64,000 bases of DNA from Eledone cirrhosa (Eukaryota): assembly GCA_964016885.1 (NCBI GenBank), contig OZ024740.1:74090001-74154000 (forward strand). The letters are read 5' to 3'. Both the position numbers and the translations under genes were made by a program. The notes beneath the pieces are model-generated. The model saw nothing but the letters and a program-made list of their open reading frames with translations, searched no databases and was not told the origin of the DNA. The first letter of the stretch is position 1; each line of letters starts with the position of its first letter. Below are positions 28,269 through 41,807 of this stretch, one piece after another.

Positions 28269-29496
28269 ATTTTGGTGAGATTTGTACTTAGACTACAAGG
28301 AGCTGGAATAACTGCTACAAGGTATTTCTGTTACTTTCACTTTTATATATAAATATATACATACATACATACATTTACGTATATATATATAGCTATGCAT
28401 TTATACATTTGTATATATACATGCAGTTATACATTTGTATATATACATGCATTTATATTTAAGTGTGTAAGGATGTTGACATGATTATTTATGGGGTTTT
28501 TTTTTGGTACTGAGAAAATTCTGTCTACAGATTTTATTACCTAGGGAGATTAAATACCACAGCTCTGGCTGAAAGCTGACCAGGTTCTCAACCTCATCAA
28601 ATACTAACGCAGGCCTGTGTGTGTGTATGTGTGTATGTATGTATGTATGTATGTATGTATGTATGTATGTACGTATGCATGTGTGTGTGTATGTTCGTAT
28701 ATATGTATATGTATACACCCACACCTTTCATCACCATTGCTTCTTTTTGTTGTCATTTCTGTTGAAGTTGTTCTTGTAACTGTTGTCAAAGTTGACGTCG
28801 TTATGTTCATTTTCTTTGATTTCTTTTGGGGTTTTTTTTATCTCCCTAGGGAATTCGTTGACAAGCTTCTTTTATTTATTTTCTTCGTTTTCTTCATTCA
28901 AATGCACTGGCTGTCTAAGAGACGTACAAATATGACTTATAAAACTTACCAAACTAAAGGGGCTTCCAGTGCCTCCCAAACCTTCAAACGCCCCCCTAAC
29001 GCCCCCTTCCTCCAAAACGGGGGGAGGGCATATGACCCCCGTTGAGAACCTTTGATCTGCAAAATCAGGCTTATGATCATTGTCATGGTTATTACAACCA
29101 CCACCACCTATATTTTACATCCACCTTTCATGCAGGGATGAGCTGGGTGGATCGTTATAGTTAGTCAGTACTTATTTAGAGTTATTCTCTTACATGGGAG
29201 GATGATGTCTTATGTGTATGTTACCTTTTGTATGCATAATTTCTATGGTTAAATGTTCTTCCTAACACCAACCATGATTAAATACCCTGAATTAATAGAC
29301 AAAACAAGTTAGCAAGATATTATCATAATAATTCAACATCAACATCATTAGAGAATTGGACGAAATACCTTGTAGCAGTTATTCCAGCTCCTTGTAGTCT
29401 AAGTACAAATCTCACCAAAATCAACTTTTTATCATTCCTGAGTCAATAAAGTATTAACCTAGAATGGTGGGCTGGCAGAATCATTAGAACCTTAAA

Positions 29497-29679
29497 GGAG
29501 AGCTGAAAAGTTCCTGACTTAAGGGTAAATTTGAAAGGGTAGAGTTGTTACCTTTACAAGGGAGGTAGGACTGCTGCAATAAGTGTGTGAATTTGAGGGG
29601 GAATATGTTGAATAAAATCATAATAAACTGATCCTCCTGTATTTTCTTTTACCCAAAGCCAGGAACTTTTCAGCACCCC
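29497..29679. mobile_element. Mariner-derived MITE inserted in an old SINE
   Basis: TIRs gctgaaaagttcctg / caggaacttttcagc; internal aataagtgtgtg..gaatatgttgaataa resembles a mariner transposase C-terminus. Confidence 0.75.
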
Positions 29680-31809
29680 AGTACAGTATTTATCCCTGTT
29701 TTTGTGTTTTGAATTCAAATCCCTCTATGACTCACTTGGCTGGTAGACTTAATTTGTGTCCAGTTTACCACCCTACCTAGACCTTTGGTGCTTTTAGCAG
29801 AGTCTAATCTGCTGCAAGCATCTGGGCTAGGTCTCTAGTTTGAGGATACATTCCTCTATTTTTCATACCACTCAACAAAAGAAGTGGGAGATGGAGACAC
29901 AGAAAATGGTTATGAGTGCTGACCTGCCATTTTGAATAAACAATAAGAAAATAGTATTGAATAAAGCATGATTTGAGATAGGATTGAAACAATATCAAAT
30001 ATGCCTAATCTGTGTTCTACAATTAGATTCTCCATTTATCATTGGAAAAATAGAAATAGCTAAAAAAACAATCACTATTTGTAACACTTTCCTAGAAAGT
30101 CAGGAATGTTTTTCTATAGTTTGAGAATTATAGACAAAAAATGATTAAAAATTGGTTTTCTAGTAGCACATCTAAGGGTCAGTGTAGTAGACATAGTAAG
30201 GGTCAGAGTAGCAACACCAACAACAGATTCTGAGGAAAAGTTTAGAGTGAAGAATTTAAGAGCTTGTGAAACATTCCTGTAAGAAAATGACAGGGTTGCT
30301 AAGCATCTGTTGGATATTAAAAAAACAACAACAGAACCCACCCCCCACCCCCAAAATACATACATTGCCGTCATGCAAGTCAAACAATAAATCTTTCTTA
30401 TTGGCAATTTTTAGTGTTTAGAATTGTTTCATGGATTGTATGTAATGTCGTTAGTTTCTATGAGAAAAAGCTTAAGTAATTTTCTAAAAATTTTGAATAA
30501 TAAGCACTGCATATCATTTTTTATATATAGCAAACAGTGTCAGACATCATCTGCTATACTGAAACAAAACTAGCATTTTATTTCAGGGTATTTATGGATA
30601 TTGAGTGAAAAATAATAGAAAGTTTGGTAAATATTATATAAGCCTTAAATTGTTTGAACTCTTGTCAGAAGTACATACTGATTTAGTCAAAATTATAATA
30701 AATAGATGAATTATGAAAAACATTAATAAACAATTAGATGTTAAGAGTTATTTATATGTATGCTTGTACACACACACACACACACACACACACCATTCTC
30801 ACTATTTAACATCTATTTTCCACACTTGCATAGGTTAGATGGATTGTCACATAATGGGACAAGTCAAGTCAGGTAACCATTTCTTGTTCATATGGAACTG
30901 TTTCTGGTTGGGCTTCTACAGTTAGATGCCCTTCTTAACATCAACCATAATAGTGTGGATTGGATGCATTTTATCACTACACCAGCATGATCCCCTATGG
31001 AGTAGACTGGGTGCTTTTTTGTTTTGTCACCAGCACAACCACCTTACAGGGTGGACTGAGTGCTTTTTTCATTGTGTCACTCTTACAGGGTGGAGTGGGT
31101 GCCTCTTGTCAAGTCACCAGTATGACCAGTGGTTTCATTAGATGTAAACAAATGTTTGTGTCCAACAAAACCAATGGAAATGAATCAAACTGTTTATACA
31201 AATATTTTCAACTTTCACATCATGTGTTGATTGTTCTTTTCATTTGTTTGTGATCATACCTGTGGGGGGGGGGGCGTGCGTGCGTGCGTGTGTGTGTGTG
31301 TGTGTGAAGTAAGTAGAAAACAATACAGTTTAACACTTAATATAGTAAATAAATTAGTTGGAGGAAAAGCACATGTGTGTTCAGTGAGCCATTTTGGGGG
31401 AAAGTGCTGGACAGATTGTATTTTAGATGCTAGAGAGGTTTTGAAAGGGATGATAATCCTTGTGTATTTTGAGTGTGCATGTGTTTGTTTGTTTGTCTGT
31501 CTGTGCAGAGCTGTGAGGGTATGTGCATCAGACTGTGACAAAGCTGGAGTCACTGTTGAGATTGTAGAAGTGTGAGTGTGTGCGCATGTGAGCTGGCCAA
31601 TGTACGAAGTGACAGTGTGTCATCCATACATATGAGAATGTAGGTTTACCTATGTATGAGAAAGCCTGTGTACACATAGAGACACACAAGTAAAAAAACC
31701 ATCATAATGGCACTGTAAGGAAAGGGAAATTGTGGTAAACATGGTTGCTGTCCTCTCTCATGTTGTGAGTATGACAGTAAGAGACATTGGAGTTTCGGGT
31801 ATATGTACA

Positions 31810-32650
31810 GAATTAATCTTGATGCACTTTAGCTTTGTTCCTGGAAGAAGCACTACCAAAGCCATCTTCCTTGTTAGTCAGCTGAAGGAAAAGTACCTAG
31901 CCAAGAATAAGCCTACCTAGCATTCATCAACCTGGAAAAGGCCTTTGACACAACTCCATGATCTATAACTTGGTGGCTGCTTAGGAATCTAGGGTTTATA
32001 GGAATGACTTGTGAAGGCTGTACAGGCCATGTACAGGTGTGAGTCCTAAGCCCCCTCCTTTTTATTATAGTCTTCCAGGCCATAACAGAGAAATTAAAGA
32101 CTGGTTGTCCATGGAAGCTCCTATATACTGATGATCTAGCTTTCATAGCCAAAACAATAGAAGAACTAAAGAAGTTACAGATATGGAAGCAAAATCTGGA
32201 ATCAAAGGGACTCAAACTAAACCTAGCAAAGACTAAAGTTTTAGTAAGCAAGAAAAGAGGATAAGACTCAGCTACCACCAGAGAAATGGTCATATTCATT
32301 GTGTGGAAAAGAAGTAGGAAAGAATTCCATAAGCTGAAACCAGTGCAATGAAGTGAAATCATAGGTAGGCTGACAGGGAGAGTAGATTTCCTATGTGACA
32401 GGTGCACAGGAGAACCCAGCAATAAGGGTAGTCATGAAATACTCTCTTAAATGTTCAGAAGGTTCACTGGAAGTGGTAGAGAGCTCTTGATAACTAGGTA
32501 ACCACATTAGCAGTGAAGTTGATGTCCTAAAAGTGTTGTAGTCAGAGTGAGAACAGGGTGGAAGAAATTCGGAGAGCTGTTACCTCTGCTGACAACAAAA
32601 AGCTTCTCTCTCAGAGTGAAGGGCAAATTATATGGTTGTGTGATGTGTAA
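31810..32650 (+). pseudogene. Old RTE LINE RT remnant
   Basis: FSFVPGRSTT..EKYLAKNKP..LEKAFD..GCPWKLLYTDDL..GWKKFGELLP with many lesions. Confidence 0.8.
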
Positions 32651-35600
32651 GGAGGCTGACAGTTATATAAAAAGTGCTCCTGAAAGGTACCACTACAGTA
32701 TCCACTATGATTATAACTAATACTCTGGCCATGGGCTTCCTTAGCTAAAGCTACATTGTAATATTCTGCATTATCGTTGAAGATCCTTTGATTGGCAGAT
32801 AAATTGGAAATCCTATCTGAGACACTCTCAACTATGGCCTTGATAACTGATCTAGGTGGTTGGACTTAGCATTAACATACACTAGCTTTTCATTAAGTTT
32901 ATAGTAGGGGTAGTACAGTTTCATATTGAGGTTTAGGATGAAGTCCAAAAAGTTAACTATTTTTCAATTAGAAGTACAAGCCAACAGGTTAGAATTTACC
33001 TCATTTATTAATTATACAATTGCTTTTATATATATTTCGATGTTAACTGTTATACAACAGTTACAACCTAATCTGACAGCTATTAGTTGAACAGAAATAA
33101 CATGAATATAAAATAAAAAATAGAAAAACTCATGCTGTTTTAATTCATTGATATACTCCGGGCTGATCACTGGTGTTGCTTTCTCAAAGCACCAATGACA
33201 TGATTTAGAATAAACATCCTCACAGCATCAACATAAAGGGTATACAAAGCCCCTAGCTATTGGTCAGAGATAATTCCACCACCATATCCCAGTACCCAAG
33301 CATGACTGCAGTGTGATGAGTGAAACTAGTAAAAGAATAGAACACACATATAATTCTGTAATGGATTACTATAGAGACAGGATGTTTAAAAAAACTATGT
33401 AAATGTATTCAAATTAGATAAAATGGTATCTCACATCATCAGAGCTTGATAATTCAAATTAGAAAGAGAACATTTTGGTAATTACAGGATCTTCTAAATT
33501 TGGTTAGTAAATAATGAAATTTAAAAAAAAATTGTAATTACAAAATTGCAAGACCAAATTTAAATTTCATTACATATTTTGGGAAAAGACTAAAATGAAT
33601 CTCTTGATACCAAATATTAAAATCTATTTATATAAGTTCCAAGTAGTTGAGTGTATTCTCTCTTCTCTACTTCTATGGTTTACCTTTGGTATATAAATAT
33701 ATTTGGCACTTTATTTACTTACTATAGAGTACATTCAGTATTAAACAATTGAAGGAAAATTAATGAAATAGAATGAAGAAAAGAAAAATAAACGAATCAT
33801 TAAGAGAAATTACATAAAGAAGAAAATGTTAAGAAGAAGAGCAGAATGAATGAATGAATAAATGACGATGACTGATCAGAGATGAAAGAAAAGATAAAAG
33901 ATAACCAAACAAACAGAAGATATGTGTGAGTGTAGGAGGAATATAAAGAAAATCAAAGACTGAAGGGGATAGAAGAAAGAGTAGGACTGAGATATAAGTA
34001 AAGCTGAAATCTATAGATAATAGAAAGATGACAAACGAAAATGATTAAAATATATAAAAGATAGAAAATATTAAGATAATAATTAACGAACTGAAATAGA
34101 AAGTGTATTGTCAAACATAATCATAAACTGAATGGAAAAACACACAATTAAGTGAACAGATGAGAAGAATGAGGAAAGGAAACAATACTGACAATATTTC
34201 CTGAAAACTACCCTGAGAGAAAAACAGTACACCCTGTAAGGTTGAGAGGACCCTTTAGTTATGTCAGCTGCATAACAACCTATCTAGTGTTGGTGATCTA
34301 CACAGTAAATGCAACTGGCTGTGAAGTGGATGGTGATAGGAAGGGCATCCAGCCATAGAAAGCATGTCAGACAAAGGGCTAGGAAGACCCTTCAGTTGTA
34401 TCAAAGACATAACAACTTCCCTAGTGCTGGTGTCACAATAAAATGCACTTGGTAGAATGTGGACCAGTTTTCCAGCTTAAGTACTGATTTGGTCTGTGAA
34501 GACCTACCCAACCCTTGCTAGCAGGGAAAACAGACATTAAGTGATGATGATGATGATATCTTTAAAACTGATTGAAAGCTAACATTGATGGATCCTCTGT
34601 TGGTTTTGTGAGTGTTCAGTTGCATGATCAACTGAACTTCTTACGTTATAAATTAATATGTAAATGGATGAATATCCTGCAGACAGGTGTATTTTTAATG
34701 TAATTCTCGCTTGACAAAATATAAATATGGCTAGACCTTTGAATTACAGGTCCAGTCCATTGGCTTCCACACAGTTTCTGTTTAACTAATTCTATCACAA
34801 GGCTTAGGACTACTCAAGGCTTAAGTAAAGACACAAGATACCACAGAGTAGGGTTGAACATGAGGCCTTAGGACATAGAAGCAAACATGTTAAACACTCA
34901 GTCATGTTTAAATCTACACTATTTTATAAATGATGGCTATCAGATACTAATGCTTTGTAGTTAATGGCAAACAAGCTAGCACTGTGAATGATTAGATGAG
35001 ACCAGTGGTTGATTAGATGAGACTAGCATAATTAATTTCACCAGCTGAAAGAAAAGTGGCAGCTTACAATAATATTTTTACATATGAGATATTAATATAT
35101 ATTAAATATAAGTGATGGATCTTCACTGCATAACAAGAGGGAAACTCACAAATAAGAACTGAATTTGTGAACAAGTTTCAACTCTTGGTGGAAATCAATT
35201 CATTTTCCTTAAACTATCTGTCATGAAAACATCAAAGATTCAAATCAGTGTATCTAGTTTAATAAGTGCTTAATTTTATTGACTTTAAATACAATTCTAC
35301 AGTGATCAGTTAAGAATAGAGTAAACATAATACAGTTGGTCTCTCTTTTTCAGTTCCCCCAGGAAATTGTATGAACAAATTGATAATATCTAATTAATTT
35401 TAATTCACCGACACATGCAGTGACAGCTCAAATCTATAGGTTTGTTCTATAGTATGCTATAGCATTAAAAACAAACACTGCTAACATGTCAGTAATTTAT
35501 TTTGTGTATTCAACACCCTACAAATCTTGTTCCTAAGAAAAAATAATGAATTTCTCATTAAACAGCTGACTGATTTTACTTTTTCCCTTCTATGTTTTTT

Positions 35601-35720
35601 TTTTATACAGATAAGCCTTTCACATCTCATATATATAATGCAAAGATAGCCTAAGGAGCATGTAATAAGACTGAAAATTAAGGGAATGTTTTTGCCTCTC
35701 AAAAAACACTACAAATTATC

Positions 35721-35826
35721 TACAATATAGTTGAATAAAACCAGGAATATAACCCCTTGAGATTATTATAAATTATCAGAATTGTCTCAAGGGGTTAAAC
35801 ACCTGATTTTATTTAACTATATTATA
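35721..35826. repeat. Imperfect fold-back, ~45 bp arms
   Basis: atatagttgaataaaa..aaccccttgaga / tctcaaggggtt..ttttatttaactatat. Confidence 0.8.
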
Positions 35827-36383
35827 GTTAATATGTATTACAGGATATTAAAAGTTAAAACTAAAGGACAGATTGATGTAGCACAGGAACAGGCTATAGG
35901 GACACACTGTGCAACACAGTACTAAACTGTTCTTGTGTTCTTGTGTGCTACTAATAGACAAACACAGCATAGTAGCAAGCTGTTCTTAAGTATTACTAGT
36001 AAACAGATAATATAAAAAAAGAGGAAGTTGAGGGAACAATGATATGAATTAGCCAATGAAAATTTCAAGTATCTACTTCTTGGATTCTAAGTCCCAGAAT
36101 AAAACACATTACATCTGTAAACAGAGCAGATTAGATATATATCCATCTAACTCTCAATTGAAAAATTCCTCTGGTATATTACCAAATCAAAATATCCCAG
36201 AAATAATGTAGCAGTAACTTGAAAACACTGCAAAAAGATTTGGTGTGGCATACTGAGCTTAAAAAACACGTGTCATGTAGGGATTGAGCTGCAAGCTATA
36301 TAAGCCCCAAGTGAAATTCTTAACCATCAGCCTTGCCTGATGATTTTGTACCAATGCTTGAAATAATAATCATTGATTAATAA

Positions 36384-36996
36384 TAGTTTCTGATTTAGGC
36401 ACAGGGCCAGCAATTTTGGGGGAGAGGAAAGTTGATTAAATTGACCTCAAAGCGTGACTGGTACTTTATTTTATCGACCCTGTAAGGATGAAAGGCAAAG
36501 CTAACCTCAGCATGATTTGAACTCAGAACATAAAAGACTGTAACTATATGCTGTGAAGCAGAGTGTCTGATGCTCTACCAAATCTACCAATCCACTGCAC
36601 TTATTGATTAATAATTGTGTCTACTTTTGGCACAAGGCCAGCAATTAACCCAGTTCATTACTGGTGACTTATTTTATTGACCTCGTAAGGATGAAAGGTA
36701 AAGTTAACCTTGGTGGGATTTGAACTCAGAACATAAAGAGCCATAACTCTATGCTGCAAAGCATGGTGTCTGACACTCTACCAATACTGCCAATCCATCG
36801 CCCTTATTGATTAATAATTGTTTCTACATTTGGCACAAGGCCAGCATTTACCCAGTGTATTACTGATACTTTATTTTATCGACCCCGTAAGGATGAAAGG
36901 CAAAGTTAACCACGGCGAGATTTGAACTCAGAATGGAAAGGGCCGTAACTCTATGCGTCAAAGTATGGCATCCGACCCTCTACCGATACTGCCAAA
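36384..36996 (-). mobile_element. Three head-to-tail Nin/Deu-like SINE copies
   Basis: Repeated ggcacaaggccagc..tttattttatcgaccc..ggatgaaaggcaaag..tttgaactcagaa. Confidence 0.8.
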
Positions 36997-37576
36997 TTAA
37001 TAATGTAAAGGAATTATGACCGAGAAAATAACGAATCACTGAGAATCTTCAAAATTCATTACTAATAAATAAAATAATTTTGTAAGCATGGTGTAAATTT
37101 AATGTGGCCATCATTACTCAATTTTTAAGAAAACCTGATAAATCATCTAAAGCTGAGTTGTCATAAAAAATTGGAGGATGTTGGTTGTAAATTAGAGACA
37201 ATCCATTAATAGCATATTAAAAGTATTCAGCAAATATACAGAAATAATCGAGAGGAAATAAATAGTAAATGCTTCCATCATGCAGCTGTATTTGAAAATT
37301 ACAAATATATATATTTATATACAAAGTCAGATATTCATATACACATATACATATATAAATATACAAATAAATATACATATATATATATAAATATACAAAT
37401 AAATATATATATATATATACAAATAAATATATAAATATACAAATAAATATACATATATATATATATATTTATTAAAATAACAGATTAAAGTTTAAGCAAA
37501 GAATCGCTGCAAATTTATTATTATTACTATATATATGTATATAAATATACAAATAAATATATATATATACAAATAA

Positions 37577-37633
<57 letters not shown>

Positions 37634-37654
37634 TACATATATATATAAATATAC

Positions 37655-37689
<35 letters not shown>

Positions 37690-37696
37690 AATATAC

Positions 37697-37743
<47 letters not shown>

Positions 37744-37746
37744 TAC

Positions 37747-37781
<35 letters not shown>

Positions 37782-37812
37782 AATATACATATATATATAT
37801 ATAAATATACAT

Positions 37813-38078
37813 ATCATCATCATCATCATCATTTTACGTCCGCTTTTCCTTGCTTGCAAGGGTGGGACGGGAACTGATTCTGGCTTGATTTCTACAGCTG
37901 GATGCCCTTCCTAACACCAACCTCATTTACAGTGAGTGCTGGGTGCTCTTTTTCCGTGGCACCTCCACGACCACTTTGCAGTGGAATGATAGGGACCTCA
38001 GTCCCTATCATCTCATTTCTACAGCTGAGTAAACTAGAGCAATGTTAAATAAAGTACCTTGCTCAAGGAAACAACACA
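37813..38078 (-). mobile_element. 5'-truncated tRNA-SINE with RTE tail
   Basis: Reverse complement of the 3' part of 53145-53475. Confidence 0.85.
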
Positions 38079-38104
38079 TCTATATATATATATATATATA
38101 TAAT

Positions 38105-38145
<41 letters not shown>

Positions 38146-38146
<1 letters not shown>

Positions 38147-38998
38147 CATCATCATCACCGTTTTACGTCCGTTCTTCCACGCTAGCATGGGTTAGACGGG
38201 TTGTCCTGTTGTGGGCAGTGTCTGGTCGGCTGACCATGCCTTGCTCATACAGGAACTGATCTGGCTTGATTTCTACAGCTGGATGCCCTTCCTAACACCA
38301 ACCTCATTTACAGTGAGTGCTGGGTGCTTTTTCGTGGCGCCTACACGTCCACTTTACAGTGTGGGCTGGGTGCTTTTTTGCCGTGGCACCTCCACGACCA
38401 CCTTGCGGTGGGGGGGGGGGGCATATTGTTTATATGCTTCAGCATGTACCCATGGGAGGTCGGGTACCCTGTATTACTGCGTGACGCCAGAAGTCACGGT
38501 CGTGTGTCATTGACTTTGAGAGGTGTAGTTGGGTAAGGTCGGCTTTTATCACCTCATCCCAAGTCATCTTGGGTCTCCCCACTCCGCGGTTTCCATCAAC
38601 TTCTAGTGCTCTGCACCTTTTTATGCAGCTGTCATCCTTCATACGCATCACATGTCCATACCAGCGTAACCGCCTCTCCTGCACGCAGCATTTGATTCCT
38701 CTTATGCTCAGTCTCTCTCTCAATTCCTTTATGCTTTGTCGTTCACGTATATTACTGTTACACATCCATCGGAGCATGCAGGCTTCGTTTCTCTCTAATC
38801 TACGTAAGTCTTCCACCTTCAGCGCCCAGGTCTCACTACCATGCAACATCGCTGTTCGGATACACGCATCATACAGTCTGCCTTTCATTCTGAGGGAGAA
38901 GCCTTTTGCAGCTAGCAGTGGTAGCAGTTCCCTAAACTTCTTCCATCCCGTTCTTACCCTAGTTATTGTACTTTCTGAGCACCCACCTCCGTTGCTAA
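38146..38998 (-). mobile_element. RTE subfamily B 3' fragment
   Basis: ORF 38439..38888 plus UTR and tail. Confidence 0.93.
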
Positions 38999-39262
38999 TA
39001 TATATATATTATATAATATATATATAATATATATATATATAATATATATATATATATATAATATATATATATATAATATATATATATATAATATATAATA
39101 TATATATATATAATATATAATATATATATATATAATATATATATATATATTATATATAATATATATATATATAATATATATATATATATTATATATAATA
39201 TATATAATATATATATATAATATATATATATATTATATATATATATATTATATATATAATAT

Positions 39263-39296
<34 letters not shown>

Positions 39297-39375
39297 ATAT
39301 TTATATATATAATATATATATATATAATATATATATATATAATATATATATATATAATATATATATATATAATAT

Positions 39376-39448
<73 letters not shown>

Positions 39449-39465
39449 TATAATATATATATAAT

Positions 39466-39544
<79 letters not shown>

Positions 39545-39569
39545 ATATATATATATATATAATATATAT

Positions 39570-39603
<34 letters not shown>

Positions 39604-40095
39604 AAAAAGGTGCAGAGCACTAGAAGTTGATGGAAACCGCGGAGTGGGGAGACCCAAGATGACTTGGGATGAGGTGATAAAAGCCGACCTTACCCAACTA
39701 CACCTCTCAAAGTCAATGACACACGACCGTGACTTCTGGCGTCACGCAGTAATACAGGGTACCCGACCTCCCATGGGTACATGCTGAAGCATATAAACAA
39801 TATGCCCCCCCCCCCTCCACCGCAAGGTGGCCGTGGAGGTGCCACGGCAAAAAAGCACCCAGCCCACACTGTAAAGTGGACATGTAGGCGCCACGAAAAA
39901 GCACCCAGCACTCACTGTAAATGAGGTTGGTGTTAGGAAGGGCATCCAGCTGTAGAAATCAAGCCAGATCAGTTCCTGTATGAGCAAGGCATGGTCAGCC
40001 GACCAGACACTGCCCACAACAGGACAACCCGTCTAACCCATGCTAGCGTGGAAGAACGGACGTAAAACGGTGATGATGATGATGATGATGATGAT
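39604..40095 (+). mobile_element. RTE subfamily B 3' end, inverted relative to 38146-38998
   Basis: KRCRALEVDG..RPPMGTC, UTR, (GAT)n. Confidence 0.93.
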
Positions 40096-41607
40096 GGTGA
40101 GCTTGCCCTCACAAGTGCTGAGAAGAAAGATGCATGGAAGAGTCATTATGATAGATTACTAAATGAGGAGAATGCATGGAAGAAGAGACCCTACCCCACG
40201 TAGACCCTATAGAGGGACCAGCAGTACAAGTCAGCGGCAGCGTAGTAAGTAAGGCAATCAGAGATATGAAGATAGGGAAGGCAACCGGTCCATCGGGTAT
40301 AGCTGCCGAGATGCTGAAGGCATCTGGGTCTGTAGGTCACACTATAACCACACGTATCGTTAACCAGGTAATACTAGAGGGGGCCATACCAAAAGATTGG
40401 TGCAGTAGCATCATTGTCAACTGCTACAAAGGTAAAGGCGATGCACTAGATAGAGGAAACTATAGAGGTATAAAGTTGATGGACCAGGTCATGAAAGTAA
40501 CAGAAAGAGTTATAGCACAGCTGATTAGGGACCGGGTGAATATAGACGAGATGCAATTTGGGTTTGTACCAGGGAAAGGCACCACTGATGCCCTCTTCCT
40601 TGTGAGGCAATTACAGGAAAAGTACCTAGCTAAAAGTAAGCCACTCTACTTGGCATTTGTCGACCTTGAGAAAGCCTTTGACAGAGTTCCACGTGCAGTA
40701 ATCTGGTGGGCTCTTAGAAAACTAGGAGTAGATGAATGGCTTGTGAAAGCGGTACAAGCCATGTATAGGGGAGCAGTCAGCAAAGTTAGGATTGGCAATG
40801 AGTATAGCGAGGAATTTAGCGTACAGGTTGGGGTCCACCAGGGCTCTGTTCTTAGCCCTCTCCTGTTCATCATAGTCCTGCAGGCAATAACGGAGGAGTT
40901 TAAGACCGGATGCCCATGGGAACTCCTGTATGCTGATGACCTCGCACTCATAGCTGAATCTATGGTAGAACTAGAGAATAAATTCCAAACCTGGAAGCAG
41001 GGACTAGAGAGAAGGGGCCTCAAAGTCAACATGACAAAGACTAAGGTCCTTATAAGTAGACGAGAAAACAGAACCCAGATCCCCTCAGGGAAATGGCCTT
41101 GCTCAGTATGTAGGAAAGGTGTAGGTAGGAACTCCATTCTTTGCCCCAAATGCAAACAATGGGTACACAAGAGATGTAGCGGGATCTCAGGAAGCTTAAT
41201 TAAGAATGTAGGATTCACATGCAGCAGCTGTGCTGAAACAGCAAGCAAACAGCCACAGGAAACAAGTACCACCAATCTCTGGGAGGGCCCTGTAGAAACA
41301 GTAGACAGCTTCTGCTACCTAGGTGACCGAATTAGCAACGGAGGTGGGTGCTCAGAAAGTACAATAACTAGGGTAAGAACGGGATGGAAGAAGTTTAGGG
41401 AACTACTACCACTGCTAGCTGCAAAAGGCTTCTCCCTCAGAATGAAAGGCAGACTGTATGATGCGTGTATCCAAACAGCGATGTTGCATGGTAGTGAGAC
41501 CTGGGCGCTGAAGGTGGAAGACTTACGTAGATTAGAGAGAAACGAAGCCTGCATGCTCCGATGGATGTGTGTAATATACGTGAACGACAAAGCATAAATG
41601 AATTGAG
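40096..41607 (+). mobile_element. RTE subfamily B, 5'-truncated, running into the gap
   Basis: ORF 40176..41597; short indels near 40178 and 41570. Confidence 0.93.
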
Positions 41608-41807
41608 NNNNNNNNNNNNNNNNNNNNNNNNNNNNNNNNNNNNNNNNNNNNNNNNNNNNNNNNNNNNNNNNNNNNNNNNNNNNNNNNNNNNNNNNNNNNN
41701 NNNNNNNNNNNNNNNNNNNNNNNNNNNNNNNNNNNNNNNNNNNNNNNNNNNNNNNNNNNNNNNNNNNNNNNNNNNNNNNNNNNNNNNNNNNNNNNNNNNN
41801 NNNNNNN
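41608..41807. other. Assembly gap (200 N)
   Basis: Run of N. Confidence 0.99.

Larger units (their letters stand above)
25029..29054. mobile_element. Non-autonomous hAT (Charlie-like) element containing nested LINEs
   Basis: 14-bp TIRs caaaggttctcaac / gttgagaacctttg; imperfect 8-bp TSD atctacag / atctgcaa. Confidence 0.75.
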
